A DNA stretch of 64,000 bases, taken from assembly GCA_964019335.1 (NCBI GenBank), contig OZ025656.1:310001-374000 (forward strand), written 5' to 3'. The stretch is from Diplonema japonicum (lineage: Eukaryota > Protista > Euglenozoa: Diplonemea). A model generated the notes under the pieces. That model was not told the DNA's origin. It worked only from the letters and a program-made list of their open reading frames with translations, and did no database searches. The translations under genes and the position numbers were made by a program. Positions 44,366-55,344 of the stretch are shown in pieces; the stretch's first letter is position 1, and each line of letters opens with the position of its first letter.

Positions 44366-45737
44366 AAACTCACCACAGGGGAGAAACGGCAGCCTGAACC
44401 GGTGTTTCCGCGAAAGCTTTTCGTGAGCTTGTGGGAGTCTAGTTGAAGAAAAGTGCAGTTTTGAGGGAAGGACAGCTCTTAACATTGTAAGATTGTTAGT
44501 TGTTAGTCAGTAAGCATAACAGTCCTGTCCTCTGCACTTCGGCCGTAATCACCAAATACAAATGGGTGGAGATGACGAGAAGGTCAAAGAGGGTTCCATA
44601 GGGGAGTTTATAGTTGAAGGGACAGATGCGCGTCTACGCCGTCCACCACAGGGCAACGTACAGTCCAAATGGCATAGTCATTTGAAAGTGACGTTGCCTT
44701 TGGGGCAGAAGTTATTTCTGCTTGGAAGGTACTTATGTGGGAATTACACCGATCACCGGTCACGTTTGCGTTGGAAGATCCTTGACCCGCGTGCCCTGGT
44801 TTGATGACCAGCCTAAACGGAACGGAGACTATGAAACAAGCAGTGTCGACGACCGGAGAATACTTCCTACTCCTGAGAGCACACGGGCAACTCGAAGGGA
44901 AAGACCAAAGCAAGCCCTTCCAGCCAGCAGAGAGCCTCAGACAACGAGGACTCCAGATGGACAGGATCGCGATAGCGGAGTACAGCCACAAGGAGCTCCA
45001 CTACCGGGTCCACTACACAAAAGAGGGCAAGAAGTGAGATCTCAGAGCAGACGGAGTGGAAGTGCCATAAGCAGGCAAAAACAAAGGATGGCACCCCAGC
45101 CTCATCTTGTACAAGAAGCACAAGACCGAGGAAGCAGAGGAGGGCCACCCGAGGCACAACAGAGGACATGGACAACCTCCCCAACGCAGCAGCAACAACA
45201 GTAACAGCAGCAACAGCACCAGCAGTAGCAGCAAAGACAGTAGCGACAACAGAAAGTAAAGAAGAAGACATCAGTATCTCCTCCCCCTTCCTCCTCCTTC
45301 TCCCCTTCCTGCTGTTCTACTTCGGGTGGATCAAGCGTCTGAAGAAACAACAAATTTTTCTGGTGACCCCTACTCTTCAGTGTACTAGAAACGTAAACGA
45401 CGCACCCCTGGAACAGATAACGGAAGGAAACGCTCATGTGCACCACCTGAGTAGTAGCTCAGGAAGCTGAAGTAGTACGACGGACCGAGGAAGACGACAA
45501 TAACTAGTACTAGACTTCGAAAACTGGGAAAGGGGTAGATAAGTAGAGATAAGTAGACAAGGACGTTCCAGAACAGGAACCTCTTTAGCTCATCTCGTGT
45601 TTATTTCATCACAGTGTTGATGGGCTGAGGCACGTCGTGAGTGTGTATCACGAGGATATCTGGTGTGAAAAGAAGGGAACCTACTCCACCCACTAAGCCG
45701 GATGCGTGAGTAAAGATGGGGGGTCAGAGTTTTGAAT

Positions 45738-45826
45738 TCCTGTGTGGTAGAGTGGTTACCGTGCTCACCTGTCAGGCCCCCTTGTTCCAGGAGTCGCGGG
45801 TTCGAATCCCGACGCAGTGGTTTTTT
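45738..45826 (+). pseudogene. tRNA-Asp-like degenerate Pol III cassette
   Basis: A box TGGTAGAGTGG (45745), CT-GTC-A at the anticodon position, B box GGTTCGAATCC (45799), T6 run; anticodon and D stems broken. Confidence 0.65.
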
Positions 45827-47178
45827 CATCAGGGTTCGAACCCCACTTGTGCCGTGTTTTTTCCACCGGAGCTGCTTCATTTTGTATAGTACAAAGTAAG
45901 GCAAATCACCAAAAAAATTTTTATTACAAAAAAAAATTCCATATGTCGAACATTGGGCCCCGGACGCAAATAAATCCATTCCAACCCTAGAAAAAGCAAT
46001 TAGAAATTTTTTTAGCTCTTCAAAATGCGGGTTCTGGTGGGTCACTTAGCGAATATGGAGCGTTATTATTTATTCTTTTTTTTTCGGAGCTTGAGGAACT
46101 GGACACTGAGCTTCACAGAGGGGGGTCTAGGAGAACGGAAAACCGTCAAATCGGAGGGTCCGTCATGGGAAATGGACTGGGTTGAGTCAGCACGACTGAA
46201 TTGGTTCACCAACGACCAACAGCATGCTAAAGCAGGCTCTTCTAAACCTTCGAAGCAGGCGCGGCAGGCCTTCGGGCGGGAGCATTCATGGCCATTGTCA
46301 TCGGCGGAGAAAAAAGAACGGTCCACCGGAGGGCACAACAACGGGAGCAAGTCGAAGGGAAAGGGGGGCTTGAACGGCAACCACAACCTACAGTGGCCGG
46401 CATTTCCGGTGGGACATTCTTTACATAAAGACCCTCCAAGCAAGGTATTTCTTTTTGGGAAAAAAAAAAAAAAAACCAGATCCCTGCCGAGCGTCCTGGT
46501 GAAAACTGGAGCAACAGTATTAAACTCCCGCCATCGACATCAGGCTCGATGCATCAGTTGCCGCCCCTCCGCCCTGTCAACTCTTCAACGATGTCGACCC
46601 CAAGGGACACTTCGCGGCCGAACTCCGCAAGACGGGAAAAGCAAGACAGACAACAACCACACCCAACTGCGAACCAGGACAAGGTGTACCTCAACTCAAA
46701 GGCTTTGCGGATGAAACAGCACGACAACACAGCCAGGAAAGCTTCTTACGACGATGTATATATATATATATTTTTTTTTTTTTTTGGTGGTGGGGATAAC
46801 ACAGAAATATGGAAATATAAAGAAGCACATCAGATGTGTTGTTCGCTGTTGACCTCCACGTCGGTCATCACCGGTAGCGCCCGAGTGGAAGAACGTATCG
46901 CAGATGCTCAGGGTGACGAACAGGCAGCAAACTGCACGGGCTCAGAATCTTGGTTACCAGGGGCACCATGGCTGGGGTTGAGTTGCATACCGCACGCATT
47001 AAGGACACGACGCGGAACGCAGAAGAAGCTACAACTAGGCCGAGGGGCGCCCCCTGTAATCAAGTAGACGATACTTGTGCAGGGCGCCCTGCCACATACT
47101 GCAGGCACCCTTAAATAGTCTCTCTTTTTTTTTTTTTTTTTTTTTATCACAAAAAAAAAATAAAAATAAATAAAACAG

Positions 47179-48003
47179 ATGGAGACAGTAAGCACGCTGT
47201 CGGTTCACTCGCTGGACTTCGCGCTTCCCGAGGTGAGCCCTGCAAGGAAATCGAAGAAAAAACAGTCGAATGTCCCGTTTGGGAGCAGCCCGGGGAAGAA
47301 TGAAAAAAAGAAGAAACCCAGCAAACGGAAGCACCGCTCCGCGATGCAAGGCGACGAGATCAGCGTGGTGGGGACTCCGCTGAAGGACCACACTGCAAGC
47401 GACACCGACAACATGTCACTGAAGACAGCAGACAGCGACGTGAGATGGAAATCTGAGGAACCAGACAGTCCGAGGAAAGTTGGGATCATGTCACCCAAAT
47501 CAGGTAGAATAAGCATGCCTGGGGAACTGAGCCCGAAAAACTGCCCCCATCAGCCGATTATCGTTCTTCTTAACTGGTTCGCTGCCGACCAGCAGCCTCG
47601 CTTTAAAGACCCGAAAACGGTTTTTTTGATAACGTGCAGGTGCCTTGTAGTCGGGTTTGGGTGCTGGGCGGTCCCCAATTCATTTGATTTGGATGTTTCG
47701 CTGGGGATTTTTGTTGCGTTTCTCGTGGTATTGGTTGCTCTTGACGCATGTCTTGTTATTCTCAACATCGTGTCAAAGCCTGCTCCGCCAAGGCTTTCTT
47801 CACTACACTCTACTGGTATTGATAGTACCTTTATTGAGATACCCTTGGACACCTGTGCTACTGGCGGGACTAGCACAGACGCCGCGCAAACGAAGCGTAT
47901 TACCCTTTCCATTGCTGCTTTGCAGGGATTTGTCAGTAGTTCGCAGGGAAAGTCTATTTTGAAACCCGCTGTTCCGTTCATCTCTAGACACACTGAGGTT
48001 TAA
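47179..48003 (+). CDS. Hypothetical membrane protein (2 TM)
   Basis: 274 aa ORF after an A-rich leader; two hydrophobic segments. Confidence 0.65.
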   Translation: METVSTLSVHSLDFALPEVSPARKSKKKQSNVPFGSSPGKNEKKKKPSKRKHRSAMQGDEISVVGTPLKDHTASDTDNMSLKTADSDVRWKSEEPDSPRKVGIMSPKSGRISMPGELSPKNCPHQPIIVLLNWFAADQQPRFKDPKTVFLITCRCLVVGFGCWAVPNSFDLDVSLGIFVAFLVVLVALDACLVILNIVSKPAPPRLSSLHSTGIDSTFIEIPLDTCATGGTSTDAAQTKRITLSIAALQGFVSSSQGKSILKPAVPFISRHTEV

Positions 48004-48404
48004 AAAAGATCCTCATTTTTTTTTTTTTTTTACTTCATGAAGCTTTTTTTACAAAGAGCTAGAAAAAAAAAGATTTCTTTTTTATGGCTTCTTTTTACTA
48101 AAAAGAAGAAATGGTAAGAAAGAAAAGAAAAAAAGAAAGAAAAAGTAAATACATTTAAGTACATCATCCTCTCTAGAGTCCCCATCTTCCTTCAGCGCGT
48201 CGGTGCTCCCCTCTCCCTTCCTCTCCCTAACATTTTTTTTTTCCCCCTCTCACGACGGAGGGACCGCACAATTGGACACGAGAAATAAAAAAAAAAAAAA
48301 AAAAAGAAAAAAGACGGGGGAGTAATTACACATTATCTACTTTCTTCAAATCTTTCCCCTCCCACGTCACAACTCAAAAAAAAAAAAAGGGAAAAAAAAA
48401 AAAA

Positions 48405-49802
48405 ATGGTAAAAATCCTAATAGGCCCAGTGGTAGGTCTGGTGACGGAGGACACCGCAAGAGTCCTAATAGAGTTCGACACCGATGTGGAAGGTGTGATG
48501 AAGGTGAGTGAACATGGAAAACAAGTGAAAGAGGTGAGGAGACTGTTTAAAGGAGAGGTGCCAGCGTGCTTCGGGGTATCGGGATTGACAAAGGGCAAGG
48601 AGTACAGATATACCATCACACCGGGAGAAGGCACAGAAGGCTCGTTCATGACCATGAAGGGAAAAGGCCATCTTTTGCGAATCGCGGTGGGAAGCTGCGA
48701 CAAACCGACAAAAAGAGGCAAGATAGACATGTTTGATGAAATGTACAACAAAATCCGGAACAGAACGGTGGACATCGTCATACGAAATGGAGACCAAGTG
48801 TATGCTGACTCCGCCTTCGCCGAATCGGTAAAAATCTTCAAAAACAAGACCTCAACAACTCCTTCAATGGAACACAAGGAGCGCCTTATGCTACATGAGT
48901 ACCAAAAGATATACAGAACAACCTGGACGGTACCATCCGTTGCGAGATGCTACGCAAATTCAAGCCATTTGATGATACTTGATGACCATGAGATTCGAAA
49001 CGACTGGGGGACCTTTAAACACGATGACAACAAAAACCACCATGTGTCGATCTGCGGTCAACAAGGCCGCAAGGCGTACTACCTCTACCAACGCCAGCTA
49101 TGGGACACAGCCATCAACGGCGACGAAGGGATCGACACTTACAACCCCGAACATGAAGGAACCGTTTTCACCCTAAACGGCTCAAAAATATTTTTAGTAG
49201 ACTGCCGTGGATCACGGTCGTGGGGCCAACCCCCCACCGGTGCTAAACTCTGGCTCGGTTCCCAACAATTGTCTTTTATAAAAGACAGATTTCTTAACGA
49301 TCTTCACGGCACCGACGAGGTCATCATGGTACACACAACAGCACCTGCTTACCTTTCTACAAAACGCTCGAAATGTCTTTCTTGCCTACCTCCGCAGGTT
49401 GATAAAATGGGTTTTGGTAACCATCCATCAGAACAGGCAGCGTATTTCAACATCCTCGCGAATTGGAAATCGCACTCGCCGCTGCGAAGGATCCTGCTGA
49501 TCGGGGGCGATTTGCACCATCACATGTCGTCCACCATAACAGGGCCCACAACGTCTATTAGTCAGGTTGTTTCGTCGGCCATTTCGAACTCCCCCCCGCC
49601 GTGTTTCGCGAAGGGTTTGATTCGGTGCTGCCTGCTATGCGGCCCCGCTGTGCTCGAGGACGATTGGTCTGTCAAACACACCCTATTCGCTTACGAGCGA
49701 AATTTCCTAGTTGTCACTTGTTCTTGCAACGGTACAGGACAGATGACCTACCATGTACATACGCAGAGCAACCTTGAAGGCTTTCAAGGAACCGTGCTTT
49801 GA
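48405..49802 (+). CDS. PhoD-family metallophosphatase
   Basis: GPVVG, GSC, GDQVYAD, ILDDHEIRNDWG, LIGGDLH; no signal peptide. Confidence 0.88.
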   Translation: MVKILIGPVVGLVTEDTARVLIEFDTDVEGVMKVSEHGKQVKEVRRLFKGEVPACFGVSGLTKGKEYRYTITPGEGTEGSFMTMKGKGHLLRIAVGSCDKPTKRGKIDMFDEMYNKIRNRTVDIVIRNGDQVYADSAFAESVKIFKNKTSTTPSMEHKERLMLHEYQKIYRTTWTVPSVARCYANSSHLMILDDHEIRNDWGTFKHDDNKNHHVSICGQQGRKAYYLYQRQLWDTAINGDEGIDTYNPEHEGTVFTLNGSKIFLVDCRGSRSWGQPPTGAKLWLGSQQLSFIKDRFLNDLHGTDEVIMVHTTAPAYLSTKRSKCLSCLPPQVDKMGFGNHPSEQAAYFNILANWKSHSPLRRILLIGGDLHHHMSSTITGPTTSISQVVSSAISNSPPPCFAKGLIRCCLLCGPAVLEDDWSVKHTLFAYERNFLVVTCSCNGTGQMTYHVHTQSNLEGFQGTVL

Positions 49803-49973
49803 ATTCTCTCTCCTTTTTTTTTTCTTTTTTTTTTTTTTTTTTTTTTTTGTTCACGAATCAAAAGGAAAAAAAAAAAAAAAAAAAAAAAAAAGGAATAGGA
49901 GAGTGAGGATACCCCTTCCCCTCCCCGGTGTCATCAGTTTAAAAAAAATTTTATATTAAAAAAAAAAAAAAAA

Positions 49974-51036
49974 ATGCAAAAACAAAGTTTTGAAGCGAGG
50001 AGGCAGCGTGCCCTCGAGTCAGGGATCAAATTCGTGAAGGATTTCTTCAACAAACTGTCGGGTTCTGACATCAAAGGTGCGGCGGACATGTACGCGAAGG
50101 ATGGGGTGTACCTGGACTGGAAGGATACTTATGAAGGGGAGAAGGCAATCAAAGACTTTTACACAGGGCTGAAGGGTCAGAGGAAATTTTCCTTCACCTC
50201 GTTGGTGTGCCAGCCTTCGGTCGACGACTGTGTGCTGGTATGCGCTCACGGTGTGCAGCTTACAAGGGAGGAGAACGTGAGCTTCAGCCGGACGTTTTTC
50301 ATTGTGAAATCGGTAAACGGGTATTGCATCCAAAACGATGTTTTGGAACTAAAGAAGGTAGACGAATGTGTTCCATCCACCACCACACCTGTTGTCGCAG
50401 CCGCAAAACCAGAGACGGTGAAAACTTCTGCAAAACCATCAGTTTCAACACCTCAGCCAACACCGCAAGAAACCCCTGCTCCTGCAGCTCTCGGAACTTC
50501 GTGGGCAGACAAACTAAAGTCATCAGTACCCGCAGCTACCGTTGTCGCCTCCGCTCCCCAAAGGGTGGTCGGTGGCACGCAAAAGGAAGACGGTGAAAAA
50601 GATGACAAATCCGACAAAAAAGACAAAAAACAACCAGCATCCAGCACCGGTGACAGAAAGCCCAAGGACGGGTCCAAAGAGGACAAGGACAAGAAAAACA
50701 AGAAGCGGTCGAAATCGCCGACCGAGAAGTATCAGTACGCTGCACTTTACGTCAGCCACATCCCCACGGAGATGACTGAAGCAGACGTTGAAAAAATTTT
50801 CTCCAAATTCGGGAAAATCAAAGGAAGGACTTTCAAGGCGGGGCAGTACTGTTTCATTGACTTCGATGACAAGGGGTCTGTGAAGGCTGCTTGTACCGAA
50901 CCGGTATGGAAAAAAGAGGGGAAAAAAAAAAAAAAAAAAAGATTTCCTTCAAGGGTCAAACCCTCACCGTCCAAGAGAGAAAAAGCCCTGAGCAACGGGC
51001 TGCTGAAAAACTGAGGAAAGAAAAAGACAAGAAAAG

Positions 51037-51043
<7 letters not shown>
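49974..51043 (+). CDS. Second NTF2-RRM (G3BP-like) protein; intron 50904-50941
   Basis: FVKDFF..FSRTFFI..IQNDVL; RRM LYVSHI / YCFIDF. Splicing gives LTVQERKSPEQR, matching LKCQERTSPEKR of the paralogue. Confidence 0.87.
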
Positions 51044-51088
<45 letters not shown>

Positions 51089-52006
51089 AAATCATCTATT
51101 TTTTTTTATCCCCCCTATGCACCCATTTGCTACCCATTTCTATTGTTTTAAGTAAGTGTAGTGTTTTTTTTTTCTTTTCTTTTTTTCCCCCCCCCCCAAA
51201 GATAAGAAAATAAAAAAGGGAGAAACGAGGGGGGAGAAGGGGGGGGGTTAAATATTTCAATTATTTATTTTTCGGACTTTTTGATTTACGGCAAAATGGG
51301 GCAGTGACTTCACCTCCCCCCCAAAAAAGGCTTTTCCTTCATATCCTTCCTTCATATCACAACCCTATTAATTTCTCCTTTTTTGTTAGTACATCAGTAT
51401 ATTGAAGAGATATGATCCCCCCACCCCCCCTATTCCCTTTTGCACTTTTTTATTTCTTGCATCATTTTTTTTCTTTTTTTTTTTGTTTCCTACCCCCCAC
51501 CCTTGCTTATGGTGAGAGTAAACAAAGTAATAATAAAAAAGGGGACAAAGGTACGAAAAGAAGGAGGGAAGGGGTCAAAGGATAACGAATTTTTTTTCTC
51601 TATCCAAAATCTAGTATCGTATTTTTTTTTCTTTTCTGGTTTCTTTTTTCTTTTTTTTTTCTTCTCCTTCTTATACTTCTCATTCCCCTCATTTTTTTTC
51701 TTTTCCTTTTCATTCTTCTATTCCCCCCCCCCCCCCCCGTCCTCCAACAACGGATTACATTAATCAAAAGTTATTCTTAAAGCGAGTAGAGCGAGAAAAA
51801 ATTAAAAAAAAAAATGGTTTCTTTTTTTTTTATGTTGTATTTTTATTGCATTTTCTTTTTGTAGTTTGCTTTGAAAAAACAAAAAAAAAAAAAGAAAAAT
51901 AAAGAAAAAAGAGTCGGTCTTTTTAACATTTTTTGTTTGTACCACACAACGGGATAAAAAAAAATTACACTGAGGCCAGTACTTGTTATTTAAAAAAAAA
52001 AAAAAA

Positions 52007-52753
52007 ATGGTACCGGTGCGACAATATGTCGTGTACGAAAATGATGCTCGGAAGGAGAAACTCGGAAAAAAAAGAAAGAAGGGTGAAATAGATTGGCACC
52101 CTTTTGAGACGGATTACGGTGATCATTTCGAGACTAGTTATAAAGCTGTGGAGGACATTGCCGGAATTGTTACGGCGCTTAGCAACGTGATGGAAAAACA
52201 GCCAGAGGACTTGCGTATTTACGACCCATACTATTGCTCTGGGGGCGTGAAGACAGCGTGGAAACGGGCGGGGTTTCCGAAGTGTTTGAATGAGAACATG
52301 GATTGCTACAAAGTTTGGGAGGAGAAAGCCGAGCCGGCCCACGATGTTGTCATTACAAACCCTCCCTTCTCAGGTGAACACAAGGAGTGGTGCGTGGATT
52401 ATTGCGTCAAAACCGGCAAACCCTGGCTCGTTCTTCTACCTGGGTACTGTGCCACCAAGCAATACTTCAATTCTCTCCTCCGCGACCAGCAGCCCATCTT
52501 CTTCGTTCCAAACGAAAGCTACACCTTCACCCACCCCGAGGGAACCGGTTACGACGATTCGCCATTCTTCTCAATATGGATGGGGAGTCTAGGCCCTTAT
52601 CATAAACAAGTTATGGAAGCATGCCGGGGTATGCTTCTTGATGTACGTGTATCTGAGTCAGTTGGAGACCTGAAGCTCCATAAGGATGTACCCACCGCTA
52701 AACGACCAAATCCCAAACAGCGGAAGAAAATGAAAAAACAAGAAAGTTGGTAA
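52007..52753 (+). CDS. Putative SAM-dependent amino-methyltransferase (NPPF motif)
   Basis: DHFET, IYDPYYCSG, VVITNPPFS, PWLVLLP; substrate unknown. Confidence 0.75.
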   Translation: MVPVRQYVVYENDARKEKLGKKRKKGEIDWHPFETDYGDHFETSYKAVEDIAGIVTALSNVMEKQPEDLRIYDPYYCSGGVKTAWKRAGFPKCLNENMDCYKVWEEKAEPAHDVVITNPPFSGEHKEWCVDYCVKTGKPWLVLLPGYCATKQYFNSLLRDQQPIFFVPNESYTFTHPEGTGYDDSPFFSIWMGSLGPYHKQVMEACRGMLLDVRVSESVGDLKLHKDVPTAKRPNPKQRKKMKKQESW

Positions 52754-52879
52754 ACAAAAAAACAAAAAAAAAAAAAACAAAAAAAAAAGCATATTGGACG
52801 GATTCTCTCTTTTTCTTTGACAAAACAACAACAACAAAAAAAAAGAAAAAAAAAGGTGGTGGAGTGGGGGGGAGGGTAG

Positions 52880-55153
52880 ATGAATATATTGTTGAAGAAC
52901 CCGTACTTCCGTCTCATCTCCCATCCTGACGACAGCCCCGATGAAACGATCAGGAAAACCCTGATAGCGACTGTATGCCCTCTTGTGGGGTTCATAGGAA
53001 TCTGCTACTCTGCCGTGCAGACCGGTGAAAGCTTCAGCATGTTAAGGGCAGCACCGATTTTCAACATTATCTTCACGTTGTGCGTAATACTGTGGGTGGG
53101 TGTGCGAAAGAGAGTCGGGCTGTCCGCGATGGCGTTCTTCGTGGCAGGGTACTGGCTACTGATTGTCATGCTTGACTTCTCGAGTGCGAGCCTTGGGTTC
53201 TCACGTGCGTGGCCATTGTTTGTATGTGTTGTCGACGTCATCATAGTGTGCAGGCTGCCTGTTGGCTTCTCGGTGGCAATGTGTATTTCTACATGTACAT
53301 GGCTTGTCATTATTACGGCGGAAAGCGTTTGGCGGTTCGGGTTGCTCGACCTCACCTTTACGGAAAGCCAACAGCGTGAATACAGCGAGTGTTCCAACAT
53401 GCCGTGTAGCAAGCCGCTTGGGTTGTCCTCAGCAATGATGTTGACAGAGCTTTTTGTGTTTCTCATTGACTTTCAAATTACGCGTGGTTTTGCACATCGT
53501 GCCTCCTCTGAGTCGGATGCGGTTCGTGCATCGATCTCGATCACGCAAAACATTGCCTCGGCACTTGCCGCCTTTGACCTCGACGCATCGGAGTCCATTC
53601 TGAACAACCACTCCGCTACCCTCCCCACCGAGCTGAGTATCTCGCTGAGGAACGTTCTTGATAACCTCCGAAGCTACCAGCCTTTCCTGCCGCAGTCTCT
53701 TTTTCAAACCAACCCTGAGACAATAATCCACAATTCCCCTCCTGGTATCGAGTGCGGGACGCATACTGCTGCCATTGTGCTCACCGACATCATGTCGTCG
53801 ACTGTGACATGGGAGAAGTGCCCGACCACCATGGGCGACGCACTGCGCATGCACAACAGGGTCATGCGCGAGCACATCTATAGCAACCAGGGGTACGAGG
53901 TCAAAACCATCGGTGATGCCTTCATGGTCGCCTTCCCAACATCGTCATCTGCGTGCTGCTTCGGACTCGGTGTCCAGGAAGCTTTGGTGCAAGTCGCGTG
54001 GCCCAGCGAGATACTCCATCTCCCGCATTGTTGTAAGGACTTGTCACGTGGGTGGAACGGGCTGCGGGTACGGATAGGCGTGCACAAGGGAACCGTCGAT
54101 GTCGACATGAACCACGTAGCAGGTAGATGGGACTACTACGGGACGACGGTCAACATGGCTGCCAGGATCGAGTCTGTGTGCATACCCGGCAGCGTGGCCG
54201 TGTCCAGTGAGGTGTACAACGATGCCTTCGCTTCGGAGCACATGCCGAGCATGTTGGAAACGGTAGTCGCCGAATCGAGGACGTTTACACTAAAAGGCGT
54301 CGAGAAGCCATGCCTGGTCTACATGCTGCTCCCAGAGACGTTGAAGCAGCGTGTCAAGGAGGAGGACGAAGATGAGGAATACCAGTCGACATTGTCGCAG
54401 CAGGATTACATGACGACGGTGTCGATGCTCTCCCTGAGGCAGGAGGCTGGGGCGTCCAGGGGGACGGTTGCAAAAATAGAGCTGCGCACGGGGCTGGAGT
54501 TCTTCCCTGAGGAGACTAGCGAAATTACGGGTATCGGCATGCGGTTGGAGAAGGTTTTCCGGTTCCTTGAGCAGTGTAGCGGCATAGTAGCGTGCGTGCT
54601 GGGGGGTGGGATAGTGGCGGGGTGGAACACCAGCAAGCCGTGCTTGTTGCATTTCGAAACGTCGCTGGACTTTGTTGGACTGCTCGACCACGCGCTTGGG
54701 AGGTGTGATGAGAGCTGGACAGTAGGCCTCATCACAGGCAGCGTCGTCTCCGGTATCGTGGGGCAGAAGAAGCAAAGATTCGTGACAGTTTCTGGGCTAC
54801 CGGTGCAACTCCTGACATACATAGTCCCCCTAGCACATGAACTAGGCATGCGAGGCTTGTATGCCACGGTGCCGAACACAGCCCTGCGGACCATGCAAGG
54901 CGTGCTGCGTCCTATTGCAACGTTCTTCCTCTCCCACTCACGTGAGCCATTCACTACCTACCAGCTTGCTACGCACCAGATCAGGCACTACCTCAAGTTC
55001 GGTACGAGGGAAAAACCGGACCCCCTCTGGGGTCCGGACTATTGGGATGCCTACACGACGGGGGACTTCACTCCGCAGCAACTCGGCGACGGCACAATAT
55101 CTAAAGTAGCCTCCTTGAAGGAGCAGGGTAACAAAGTACTTTCAGTTGGTTAG
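52880..55153 (+). CDS. Membrane-bound class III adenylate/guanylate cyclase with a degenerate second domain
   Basis: N-terminal TM helices; LTDIMSST..WE, EVKTIGDAFMVAF, RVRIGVH, DYYGTTVNMAARIE. Confidence 0.9.
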   Translation: MNILLKNPYFRLISHPDDSPDETIRKTLIATVCPLVGFIGICYSAVQTGESFSMLRAAPIFNIIFTLCVILWVGVRKRVGLSAMAFFVAGYWLLIVMLDFSSASLGFSRAWPLFVCVVDVIIVCRLPVGFSVAMCISTCTWLVIITAESVWRFGLLDLTFTESQQREYSECSNMPCSKPLGLSSAMMLTELFVFLIDFQITRGFAHRASSESDAVRASISITQNIASALAAFDLDASESILNNHSATLPTELSISLRNVLDNLRSYQPFLPQSLFQTNPETIIHNSPPGIECGTHTAAIVLTDIMSSTVTWEKCPTTMGDALRMHNRVMREHIYSNQGYEVKTIGDAFMVAFPTSSSACCFGLGVQEALVQVAWPSEILHLPHCCKDLSRGWNGLRVRIGVHKGTVDVDMNHVAGRWDYYGTTVNMAARIESVCIPGSVAVSSEVYNDAFASEHMPSMLETVVAESRTFTLKGVEKPCLVYMLLPETLKQRVKEEDEDEEYQSTLSQQDYMTTVSMLSLRQEAGASRGTVAKIELRTGLEFFPEETSEITGIGMRLEKVFRFLEQCSGIVACVLGGGIVAGWNTSKPCLLHFETSLDFVGLLDHALGRCDESWTVGLITGSVVSGIVGQKKQRFVTVSGLPVQLLTYIVPLAHELGMRGLYATVPNTALRTMQGVLRPIATFFLSHSREPFTTYQLATHQIRHYLKFGTREKPDPLWGPDYWDAYTTGDFTPQQLGDGTISKVASLKEQGNKVLSVG

Positions 55154-55344
55154 CGCGGTCAAAAAGAGAACACAAAAGAAAGAAGAAAGAAAAAAGAAAA
55201 TGTGTTTACACACATTTTCCAGTTAAAAACAGATCTTCCCTCTACTATTGTTGTTGATTGTTTCAATCCGTTTACAACATCAAAAAAAAAAAAAAAAAAA
55301 AAAAAAAAGAGAGAGGTGCGGGGAGAAAAAAAAAAGAAGAAAAA

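Larger units (their letters stand above)
43939..46062. mobile_element. 2.1 kb non-autonomous TIR DNA transposon
   Basis: TIR CGCTCCATATTCGCTAAGTGACCC / GGGTCACTTAGCGAATATGGAGCG; TTATTA on both flanks; 16 bp direct repeat TCCATATGTCGAACAT at 44052 and 45938; broken internal reading frames. Confidence 0.85.

Noticed and set aside
44287-45826. Functional tRNA genes
   Set aside because: Acceptor, D or anticodon stems do not form properly; kept only as tRNA-like cassettes.
46064-47115. ORFs 46025..46714 and 46549..47067
   Set aside because: They cross a TE boundary and homopolymer runs and have no motifs; probably decayed repeat sequence.
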